NCBI GenBank assembly: GCA_030141605.1
Contig: JAQGDQ010001640.1
Coordinates: 1-31,291 of the forward strand
DNA length: 31,291 bases
Direction of reading: 5' to 3'
Source: Tubiluchus corallicola
Lineage: Eukaryota; Animalia; Priapulida
Shown here: piece by piece, positions 12,737 through 23,389 of the stretch
How the letters are laid out: the number at the start of each line of letters is the position of its first letter
Numbering within the stretch: position 1 is the stretch's first letter
Notes under the pieces: model-generated
What the model was told of the DNA's origin: nothing
What the model saw: the letters and a program-made list of their open reading frames with translations, nothing else
Database searches by the model: none
Position numbers and translations under genes: made by a program

Positions 12737-13246
12737 GTAACCAAATCGCAAGATTTTCTAAGCCACAAATTTGATGGTTTTCAAGAACAAATGAACAAGT
12801 ATCAACAAGACATGGAACATTTGAGAGACGAAAACAAGGTACTGAAAACTACTGTTAAAACATTACAAAACAGAATAAAAACTACCGAAAATGAACTAGA
12901 CAAACTAGAACAATATGAGCGGAGAGACACATTGGAGATAGCTGGAATTCCTGTAATTCCTCATGAAGTTACAAATGACATAGTGCTAAGTGTAGCCAGA
13001 AATATGGGAGTGGCATTGCACCTGCAAGATATTAGTACATCACATAGATTGGCAGCACGAAAAAATGGAGGGCCTCCGCGAATTATTGTAAAGTTCACAA
13101 GACGCGTCAAACGTGATGAACTTTATGGTACTAGAAGAAATGCCAGAAGCACTAAAAATCTTGACTATGCATCGTATACTGATAACCAGATCTACATCAA
13201 TGAATCCTTGACTTCAAACAAGGAGAAAACTACACAAACAATGTAG
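12737..13246 (+). mobile_element. LINE ORF1 fragment (coiled coil plus L1-type RRM, CR1/L2/Crack-like)
   Basis: SQDFLSHKFD, LEQYERRDTLEIAGIP, DISTSHRL, PRIIVKF, IYINESLT. Paralogous to 26110-26780. Confidence 0.85.
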
Positions 13247-15093
13247 GCTATTAGTTGTAATTACGACTCAGATGATTCGAAGACTTAACACCACAGTGCA
13301 GTAAAAAACGTGCTATTTTAAAGACAAATTACTGAGGTTTAATTGAAACTCGAGTCTTAAAATTATCAGGGAATTTTTCACTAGGATACCTGCTGATAAT
13401 GTCAGTTTCAAAGTTGTCCCAACATGGAACATCTTGGAGCTTAAAATGTGTCGTGCAACAAATTTACTTGGAAATTATTAACGAATCAACAAAAAAGTCG
13501 AGATTATTTAGTAGATTATAGGTTATTAGATTCAACTGTTATTGTTCCAATTATTTTGTGTACTAATGAATACAGTTTAAACTGAAAAAGTCTCATTTAT
13601 TTTAAGTAATAATGGTAGCACATATATGTGAAATGTATTTAATCTTTATTTATTTGTTGTTTATTATCAGTACTCTATTGAAAGTACTCAATTAAGAATG
13701 TTTATACCCTAGCGTGGCTTTGGGGCTAATATGCAAGCACCACTTAAAGTGCAATGGCTTGGCCAAAGGCAGGTATAGTTATTCTATGGAGCAAACTGCA
13801 TCTGACTGATACTATCAATCGCGCAGACTTCCACATCTTAACAATTGATTCTTAAACACTTTAACATATAACAACAATGACATCTCAGACAATAACTTTT
13901 ATAATTTCTATTTGTAATAGATGCACTATAATGCACTGTAGCAAGCGTTAATGCACTGTAACAGTTGAGCAGATTCAAGGACTTGATAACACAGCATGTA
14001 AAAGCATGTTGTAGTTTAATTAAGGTTCGGGTCTTAAAATAATCAACAGACTTGTTCTTGGCCCACCGGCATCCGATAATGTCAATTTTAAAGATGTCAC
14101 AACATGGAATAACTCGGACAGTAGCTTTCAAAATTTCAGTGAAGGTTACAAAGACTTATACGAGAAAGTGTTTCTAGCACGTACAGTGCCATCAGGTAGC
14201 TATACTTTGAATCAAAATACAGAAGCAGCTAGATTGGGGCTGAATTTCCAAACTAGGCCAGCACTTTTTAAAACCGTCCCAGAATGAGTTACGTGGCTAT
14301 AGAAAATAAATGGAGGCTCAATGGGCCCACAGAGTCATCAGATCTGAGTCCGAAGGTCTGACCACATCTTGATTACTAGACATAACCAGAAATGTCGCCA
14401 ACCCAGACCTCAGTTAATAAGCAACGTACATCAGTGATTCTCTTAGCCAGACAATGAAACAGTTACTAACTTCAAGCAGGTGGATAGTTCAATTCCAGAA
14501 CTCTGAAATTTGGTTTTCACAGGAATTTTTACCAGCAATAAATGGCAAAGTCGATGTGGTATTGGCAGACTACCGGAATTTCAAGATTTCATATCCGTCC
14601 TTTTGCCGGCTTCAGTGATAATTTTTAAAATAGCGGTTAAGGAGGCAGTTGAGTCTACATTTGGTGAGGTTGTTGAGGAATTCTAGGAATCACTTAAGCG
14701 ATTCAGAAAACATGTGTTTAACATTCAAAACCAGCATCAACACTGCAGAATGATAAGGCAACAGCTGGAGAATGACAAAGTTCTGCTTCATGTAGACTTC
14801 AGTGAAAACTACGTTTGCCGTTATAGTACTGAAATACAGTCTACACATTTTGGGGCCTCTCATACTCAGGCAACACTTCACACAGGTTGTCTCTATGCTG
14901 GCAGTGATACCCTGCCATTCTGCTCAATTTCATCATCAAGACAGCATGACCCAAGTGCTATATGGGCGCACTTGAGTCCAGTTCAATTAGTCAAAATTAT
15001 CCAGGTGTTGAAAAACATTTTTTCTGATGGTCAGGTGACACAGTAGCGTCAAAAACGAAAATTTTCATTTCTACTTGGAATTTTTTTGAAGCC

Positions 15094-15581
15094 TGTCGCT
15101 TATTGTACGCGATTGTGGTATTATGTAATCTATTTAATTGTCAGTTTTCTACAAATGTTTTTTAGCTGCAGCCTCAATATGCCTCCTCATCTCCTCGTTT
15201 CCATGACTACTGAAAATTAGAATAAGTTTGGAAGAGAAGCAACTAGTGAACTTAATGTATTCTGCTATGAAAGAAGCCATGTAGATTTGATTTTGGTTTA
15301 ACATGTAGAGTATAGGTGACCTTTGCATGAATTTAATGTTTAATGTACCTTCCAATAGGAACTTGTATGTCTGGTCATGTGATTAGAGCTTGATTCTCCC
15401 AGGCATGCAAGTTCCAGTTGGTCTTGAGACAGCATTTGGAGAGGTTGAAAGTTTTCTACTGTAGTGGTATCATAATGTGTCATAAAAGTTTATAATGGTG
15501 AACATTGTACATTTTGCAATAAAATTGTTACAAGTTTTTTTTTACATCTGGTGCCGAAACCCGGGAATGAACCAGGGACCT
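15094..15581 (+). mobile_element. Single LTR (TG..CA, 15094-15546) followed by an extended tRNA-Phe complement
   Basis: Starts TGTCGC, has AATAAA near 15518 and ends TTACA. TGGTGCCGAAACCCGGGA-AT-GAACCAGGGACCT follows at 15549-15581. CCTGTC is present at both junctions (15092-97, 15579-84). Confidence 0.8.
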
Positions 15582-15821
15582 GTCATGGAAAGGGAACTCC
15601 AGATGGAATAGGAGGCGTTTTATAAAGAACTGCAGACAGACTGACTAGGAGGGTGCCAATATTCCTACACCTAGAGAACTGTTTGAAGCACTGAAGAAAG
15701 CCACTTCAATAAAGCTTTTCTTTGTTGAAGACGAGGAAGTTTTGCATGAGAGTGCTACTATGAAATTAGTTGAAAATCACATAAAGACTGTAGCTGGAAC
15801 AATGTGCATACATCAAGTCAT

Positions 15822-17126
15822 TGCAGTGGACTATATTAAGTTGCGTATTGTTAGTATGTTCAACAAGTCAAGATGGATGGACATGAACGTGTAACACTAT
15901 TGTCTCTACTATCTAGTTTACTTTATGGTGTCAGATTAGTGCAGAGATAGAACCAACAATGAGAAACGCATTACCATAAATGGGAGTTTACCGGTACGTG
16001 ATGTGTTATCGAAATTTAGCGTGAAAAACTATTTATTATCGAACCAGATTCGTCGTTCTACATACAGCGTGACGGCGGTCGCGTTATCGTAGTGCGGATT
16101 GATACATGATTAGTAAAACGGTCTTTGATGTTTCGGAGTTATTTTTCAACGTTATTATCGAGACCCGTGGGGGATATTGGAAATGAGAACACAGCATACA
16201 TAAGATAAAATCGCGACGTGTACAGCAACGAATTTTTTTATACACGTGAACTGATAAATCACACAGACGTTAAACACACTTAAAGGACATGGCCGATAAA
16301 ATTCCAATTATCAACTGGTATGCTACAAACGTGGCAGAGGCATTCAAATTCTTTCGACAAAAGATGGACATTTTCTTCCAAATTAAAAACATTGAAGGGG
16401 AGAAACAGGTAGCATATCTGCTTAGAGGTGTGGATGATGAAGGATTATGCAGGTACAATTCATGGACGCTATCCGAAGAACAGAAGAGAGATCCAACACA
16501 CATTTGGAAGTGTTTGGAAGAACAATTAAAAGTAGCAGTGGAAAATTTTCGCGTAGCACGATTGCAACTTCATTACTTTTACCAAACTGAGCAAGATGCT
16601 GTTAAGGCTCTACCCTTTTTTGATGGAGAAAATGTTGCCTGGGAAAGCTATGAAGCCCAATTTTAATTATTAATGACTGCAAATAATTGGACTGATAATG
16701 AAGCTGGGACTTGTCTAAACGATTTCGTAACAAGGTGCCGTGAAAAAGCACTAATGTGCGACTTTACAGAACAGGAACGTTCTGAACGCATCACAGAACA
16801 AATAATAGCATCTACAGCGATACCAGAATATCAGAAATTCCTCTTGGACCAACCAAAAGGATACAGTTTGGATGATGCTTTAGAACATGGACGAACATTC
16901 GAAGCTGCAATAGTTAACCATCAACATTTACGAACAATGAATGCCAGTGCCAACAACTCAGCCATCAGTGAGAATGTTAGTGCAATCAAACGTAAAACTA
17001 AATAGAGAATCCAACAAACAGTGTGTAAATGTTGTGGGCGTGACCATCCTCGAGGAAAAGATTCGTGCCCAGCCAGAAATTCAACGTGCCTCCTCAACTA
17101 TTGTCTCTACTATCTAGTTTACTTTA
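15822..17126 (+). mobile_element. Internally deleted Mag-type Gypsy element (short 5' LTR, PBS, gag, 3' LTR remnant) with 5-bp TSD GTCAT
   Basis: TSD at 15817-21 and 17127-31. 5' LTR 15822-15925, whose last 30 bp are identical at 17097-17126. PBS TGGTGTCAGA at 15926 (tRNA-Leu type). gag 16289-17090 ends in CKCCGRDH...CPARNSTC. Confidence 0.88.
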
Positions 17127-17417
17127 GTCATCTGGCTCAACACTCACAGCATTTATGTAAGGGATATTAGTTGTCCAACTTGCAAAGCAAAATGTGAATG
17201 TGTCTCCGTGGGAAAACTGTTGAATTGCTCAAACCGAAAACTTGGCAGTCAGTATGAGAGCCATGTACTGACAAGAGTCAGAAGCAACCAGAGTCTAAAG
17301 GAACTTACAGCCACAACAACTGATGAAATTTTTGAAGTCGGGAAATGGTGTCTTGTGGAATATGAGGAGAAATTTTATCCAGGAATTATTCAGCAGGTAG
17401 AGGAATCTGATGTGCAG

Positions 17418-17619
17418 CCCCAGTATACATGCGTGTTGTTAGGATTATCAACTTTATCCCTTTTGCAATGTTACCCTTTTGTTTTCAACTTCTTTGTTTT
17501 TGGGTTGCGCTCATCTTTCTAGTTACAACCTCGTTGCTTTGCGAGTTACAATAAAGTTGTTAAATTTATTCTTGTCGTCTTGGTGTTTGAGACAAAGCTG
17601 GTACATTCATTAATTAATG
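17418..17619 (+). mobile_element. ~200-bp LTR-like insert in the Sola2 transposase, flanked by GTGCAG direct repeats
   Basis: GTGCAG at 17412-17 and 17620-25, AATAAA near 17550. The transposase reads SDVQ|VD across it. Confidence 0.6.
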
Positions 17620-18062
17620 GTGCAGGTAGACTTACATGTGTGCTGCAGGAAAAAACAGGTTTTTTGGCCAGTAATTAAAGACTTATGCTGGTACAGCTTC
17701 GACAAAATAATTTTAATTGATGAAGTAAAACCTGTCACAAATATTCTGAGACACTTCCAAGTGGAAGAGACAGTGTGGCAAAAGTATGCATCAATGTAGG
17801 GCTCAATTTGTTAGTTTAACAATGGGGCATAAGTTTAAAGCATTCCAAAACATAATTGTAAGAATAAATCTTTTCAAGTTTTAAATCTTAGAAACAATTT
17901 CGAATTTTTCATCATCTAAATTTAAAAACATTCACAGTTGAAACAGGCAGCTGTGAAAATGTGTGGAACAAACCAGACTTTGCCATACTGAGTGTGGCAC
18001 AGCTTAATAATGTTTCTTAGAAATGACCGCCTGTGAAATGACCACATTAGATTAGCACCAAT

Positions 18063-18605
18063 ATGGAACTGGCATCTATAATTCTGTTGTCATTGACATG
18101 GCTCTACTTTGACGCATGTCTTACCAAGTTGACTGCTATGCCAGCTGACATTGCATTTAACAACGTAACAGGACTGCCCGCTGAACCAAGGATTCGAGGT
18201 GGAGAAAAAATTTTTGAAAGAGAATTTCCTTACATAGTTTCTCTTCTTTTAGGGGTGGAGTGTTGTGGAGGTATCCTCATCGATCATGTATGGGTCCTGA
18301 CAGCCGCTCATTGTTTTATGAGAGTCGAAGAACCCAGACGACACTTGAGTCAATTTGGAGGACAACAGTGTGTTTGACTCGCCAGTAATGCGCTGGATTC
18401 GGTGGTATCATACGCATGATCTTTTCGACCCAGGTGGAACAGCTGTGCAAACTCATGATATTGCCCTGGTGCGATTAAACAGGCGTATTGAGTACACCGT
18501 CATTATCGGAGGTCAGTATGATATCCTGCCTGCTAAGCTGCCCGTTTGTGACAGAGATCATTATATTAATGAAGCGTCTTTTGTAGCAGGATGGGGAACC
18601 CTGTG
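18063..18605 (+). pseudogene. Intronless trypsin-like (S1) serine protease pseudogene, 3'-truncated
   Basis: Signal-like N-terminus, activation site RIRGG, CGGILI..WVLTAAHC, HDIALVRL, VAGWGTL. Frameshift near 18355. The GDSGG motif is absent. Confidence 0.88.
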
Positions 18606-19115
18606 GAATTAAATATTTAACTTTGCGTATTTAATCTCATGTAGTACACACCTTGAGTATAGTTAAATATTTATCCATGTAATATATATGCATTAGTAAA
18701 GTATTTTGATTCAGAGTTAACCGGCCCTACCGTAGAGAACATTCTTTATTATTAAGAGAGGAGTAAAGGAAAGCCCTTTTAAATAGTGATTTTGATTAAA
18801 CTGGTGATTTAATTATTAAATTAATAACTCAAGATTAAATGCTTTACGATGCAAAATTGAATCATTGTGCTAGGTGTGACATATCACGTGATGATCAGCT
18901 GATGTTCCACCAGCTGACTCAGAAGTAAAGATTGATTATGTAATCCTTATGCGCAGAAGCTCATGGAGCATCAGGTAGTTAGAAAAGAGGATTTCGAGGC
19001 CCGCACCTCGGGGGAGATGAGGAACTGACTTGAAGATGGAGGGCTGGCATTACTATCCTCTTATATTTACCGTGTTGTGTTTGATCTTTAATAAATATGT
19101 AGTTTGCTAAATAAA
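18606..19115. repeat. Dispersed ~510-bp repeat, copy 1
   Basis: Collinear with, but diverged from, 20332-20858 in direct orientation. Confidence 0.9.
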
Positions 19116-19272
19116 TCACTGGTTTACCAACAGTTATACATGATCATAACTGTTATACATGCTATTCATTATGCCTTTTTAGATTCGTCTTGAAACTTCA
19201 TCTTGTCACTGAGTAAAAATATTGCTGTGCGAGTAAGAAAATTGTTAGCTGTTTTATTCATGTCCACCCATA

Positions 19273-19491
19273 CACACAACAGTGGGTTCGTGCAAATGTT
19301 TCGAAATTGCAGATGGTGCGACGAACTTTTTCACTTGAATCATCCTCGTTCCCCCCTCTCTCTTTCTCTCTCTCTCCCTCTCTCTCGCTCTCTCTCTGGC
19401 TGTCTGTGACACGCACAACAGTGGGTTCGTACAAATATTTCGAAATTGTGGATGGTGTGATGATTTTTTTCGGTTGAATCATCCTCATTTC

Positions 19492-19562
<71 letters not shown>

Positions 19563-19608
19563 TCTCTCTCTCTCTTCATCCCTCCCTCCCTCTTTCTCTC
19601 TCTCTCTT
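19273..19608. repeat. Two ~80-bp units each followed by a C/(CT)n microsatellite
   Basis: cacaacagtgggttcgt...ttgaatcatcctc occurs twice. Long (CT)n at about 19502-19575. Confidence 0.88.
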
Positions 19609-20331
19609 TGACACGTGCAAAAGAAAAATCGAAATTGCTCTTTCATAAATGATACGTCCTACCCTCCAGACAAATTCTTCTTTTTCGTCAGCATCTGCCA
19701 CATTCACTGATGACATGATCTCACTTAAGAGACGAGGAATGGTGGAATAGATATCAGAACAAGAGCATTGAATCTACCGGGAGATAGTAAAAAAGGCTTT
19801 TACTTTGATGTTAATCTCATTATCCTCTAGATAATGTACTTATTACTTGTGATATAAGGCCTGTAGAAATTGTATATTTACTGTACAGTCAATTGGAAAT
19901 GTGTAATCCCATCATTGGTGTCACGGGGTAGTAGTCCGAGCATGATAATTATAGTATTTTAGGATGAAACTTTTAATGGATCAATAGTGTGACTTATTTA
20001 ATGCAAACTACTGTATATATTTTGAGTCCATTATAATCTAGCTTAATATAATTAGTATCAATTGTAGTTTACGTATAATTGTTTGTATAATCATTTGTCA
20101 TAGACATTGCATGATATTTTAAAACTTAGGATATTTTCAACTTATAATATTTTGAAACTGGCGTACCCACACGTACGATAATCAGTTACGTCAAGGTGCA
20201 ACAGATGGCGCCACATAAATATACATTCCTTATCTATATGTGTAGTAATTTCATGTTGCTATGACTTACCATGTTGTCGAATTGAAACAGTTAACCGTGT
20301 GTATTTAACCTCATATGACAAACGCGTTGTT

Positions 20332-20858
20332 GAATTAAATATTTAACTTTCCGTATTTAATCTCATGTAGTACGCACCTTGAGTATAGTTGAATATTTGT
20401 ATTACGCAATGTAATATATATGCATCAGTAAAGTATTTTAATTCAGAGTTAACCAGCCCTACCGTAGAGAACTTTCTTTATTAGGAAGAGAGGAGTAAAC
20501 AAAAGCCGTTTTAAATAGTGATTTTGATTAAACTGGCGATTAAACTATTAAATTAAAAATTCAAGATTAAATGCGTGACGACGCAAAATTAAATTATCGT
20601 CATGGCTAGAAGCCCAGCTAGGTTTGGCATAGCACGTGATCAGCTGATGTTCGACCGGCTGACTCAGAAGTAAAGACCGATGATGTAATTCTTATGCACA
20701 GAAGCTCATTGCGCATTAGGTAGTTAGACAAAAGTGTTTTGAGGCCCGCACCTTGGGAGATCAGGAACAGACTTGAAGACGGAAGGCTGGCATTATTATC
20801 CTCTTATATTTACCGTGTTCTGTTTAATATTTAATAAATGTGTAGTTTATTAAATAAA
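20332..20858. repeat. Dispersed ~525-bp repeat, copy 2
   Basis: Matches 18606-19115 from gaattaaatatttaac to taaataaa. Confidence 0.9.
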
Positions 20859-21134
20859 GTCTTGATAGTTTGCCATGCCCATTGTAGCTGTCTCATATGC
20901 CACGCAATAAACAACAATAATCAGCAAGCAGCTTTAACCACAATACTAAACAGACTTTAACGCCACCACTACACCAGTTGTTTTACTGTTACCCTACGCT
21001 TCGACAATAAGATAGGGGGTTGTGTATAGGCCTCCAAATTTTTCATTTGAAACTTATTCCTTTCTATTTAAGCGTATACATGATATTGCTGCTGTTGGCT
21101 CACCCAATTTTATTTTGTGTGATGACTAATTTTC

Positions 21135-22842
21135 TGAATGACTTTAATTTTCCGAATGCAAACTGGTGTACTTTGAAAGGGGACGCAAAATTTAGTAGAT
21201 TTCTCAATGTTCAACAACAATGTTTCCTTAATCAAATGGTGATTGACTATACCAGAAGCTTTAATACCCTTGATCTAGTACTAGCACCGGATGAGTTGTT
21301 AGTAAAAAACCTAGAGATTAGAGAGGAATTAGGTGCATCAAATCATGCAGTCATTACTTGGCAAACTGTAGTGCAGTTATCTCTTAAGAAACCACTTAAT
21401 CCTGATTTCAATTTTGACGAAGCCAATTTTTAATCTATTGCAAGGGACACCTGTTTCGTTTGGGTGACGCTTACACGTATTGGAGTCTTTTAAGGACAGA
21501 ATGTAACAGTTTATTCATAAATATGTACCCAAATATAGTTCCAGTAATCATAACAAACCTCTTTGGTTTAAATATAATTGCAATAAAGCTGTTAGGAATA
21601 AACAGCATTTGTACACGGTCTATAAGCAAACACTTTTTTTACATACAAGAGACAGACAAAGCTGACTCGAGCGACATGCTAAACGAAACTTTGAAACCAA
21701 ATTTGCCTTAAATATCAGTGATGATGCACGCTCTTTCTGGCGGTATATTGCAAACAGAACTAGTCGACCTTAGGTCGGTCCACTTACTACTGCTGTCAAT
21801 GTACCAGAGCATTTTTACTGTAGAGAATCTGACAAACTTACCTCAAGTACCTAGAAGAGGGGTGGGGGAGATGGAGTTTTATGTGCAGTTACCATGACTC
21901 AGCATGTACACAAATTGTTACTTGGACTGACAGAGAATTTATCTGCAGGACCAGACTTAATTCGTCAAAAAATACTGGTTAAGGCTGCTGATTCGCTGGT
22001 CAATCCACTGACATTAATCTTCGGAAAGTTTTTAGCTACTAGAACATTCCCAGTAATTTAAAGTTATCTCACATTAGTCCAATTCATAACAAGAGACCTA
22101 AAAATAAACCTGCAAACTATAAGCCAGTTGCAATTATCAGTACTGTTGGCAAACTGCTGGAGAGGCATGTCGTCAATACAATACTCGTCTATCTGCAAAC
22201 TAACAATTATTTAAAAATATCTCGACATGGGTTTCTCAAGAAACACTCAGTGACAAATAATTTACTGGAGTTGTTCGAATACGTATTCTCTACATTGGAT
22301 CATGGTAGCCCTCTTGACTTAGTACCTAGACCTAGCGAAAGCATTTGACAAAGTCCCACATAGAAGATTGCTCCTTAAGCTTGAGGCTTATGGTATTCAA
22401 GGATTAACTGGATAACAGCATGGCTAAATGACAGATTGCAATATGTCGAAGTTGAGGGTTGAGCTTCTTCTACTATCCCAGGTCTATCAGGAATGTCGCA
22501 AGGAAGTGTCCCCGGATCCCTGCTATTTCTCATCTTCATTGACGACATGGGTGATAATGTTGTTAGTTGGGTTCTCACTAGCATACCAAATTGGCATAGC
22601 CAATATGTTCTTCTATGCAAGAGTTCCAAAAAGACTTGCACCAAATATGTGCATGGGTTGATAAATGGCAGATGGAATTTAAGACACTAGATGGTAAATG
22701 CAAGGCGATGCATGTGGGTAATCAGAGCAGTCGAGCCACATACAGCTTTGGTGATGTTGATTTGCCTGTAGTCACTGAGGAAAAGGATCTTGGACTGTTA
22801 GTAGATAGCAAACTAAATTTCTGCTGTCATGTCTCTAAGTAA
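21135..22842 (+). mobile_element. CR1-clade LINE ORF2, heavily decayed (APE C-terminus plus RT)
   Basis: DFNFPNANW, TR..NTLDLVL, AGPD, NYKPVAIIS, HGF, DLAKAFDKVPHRRLL, QGSV.G.LLFLIFIDD, WQMEF..KCK, EKDLG..DSKLNF. The catalytic FADD appears deleted near 22580. Confidence 0.9.
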
Positions 22843-23389
22843 TCAAAGTTTACTCACTACAAACGTGAGTTATACTAACACTTCTGCTGTAACAGTTTTC
22901 ACTGCCTTTAATCCTGTACGATTTTTACTATGAAAATTTCTAGAACTAACAGTTATTAAAATGCTGCTATTTTCGCGCGGGATTACTTATGCTGGAACAT
23001 TTCTTTAAGCCATTAGATCCGTTACTGGATCTTTAAGTGAAAAACTTTATCTTCGGCACCGGACCTTTAGAAGTTAAAATTTGAGTTCCCGTGCCGGAAC
23101 TAATTCAAAAATGTTTGATCCGGAACATGATCTCTAACCAGGTTGTAAAAAAATTATAGACCTACTAAAAAGTGCTACAGATATACAAACATACAAATAT
23201 CCGATGTATGTGTGTGAATATATATACTTTTCGCTTATGAAAATACTTTTTTCGTGCTGTTGAAAGTTTTTGGAGAAAATGTAAAAAACCGACAAAATAA
23301 GTGTAGCAATCGCTAATGTTGAGCTATTTTGGTGCCCATTGGGGTGGTGGCAATAATCGTTGTGATTTGCCCGAACAATGAGTCACAAA

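Larger units (their letters stand above)
14420..17799 (+). mobile_element. Sola2-like DNA transposase, decayed and interrupted by three nested insertions
   Basis: ISYPSFCRL, HVFNIQNQ, DFSENY..EIQSTHFG..QATLHTG, FSDG..TQ, TWNFFEAC|HGKGTPDGIGG, GTMCIHQV|IWL..VRDISC, GKWCLVEY..YPG, FWP..DLCWY. The motifs are collinear once the inserts are removed. Confidence 0.8.

Noticed and set aside
12791-13246. Baculovirus FP25K-like viral gene
   Set aside because: The same fold family occurs in LINE ORF1, and the paralogue at 26110 lies directly upstream of a LINE endonuclease.
15549-15581. tRNA-Phe gene on the minus strand
   Set aside because: Only the 3' 33 nt are present, with encoded CCA and directly abutting an LTR, so it is a primer-derived copy.
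19258-19579. RE-repeat protein ORFs
   Set aside because: Translation artefacts of the (CT)n microsatellite.
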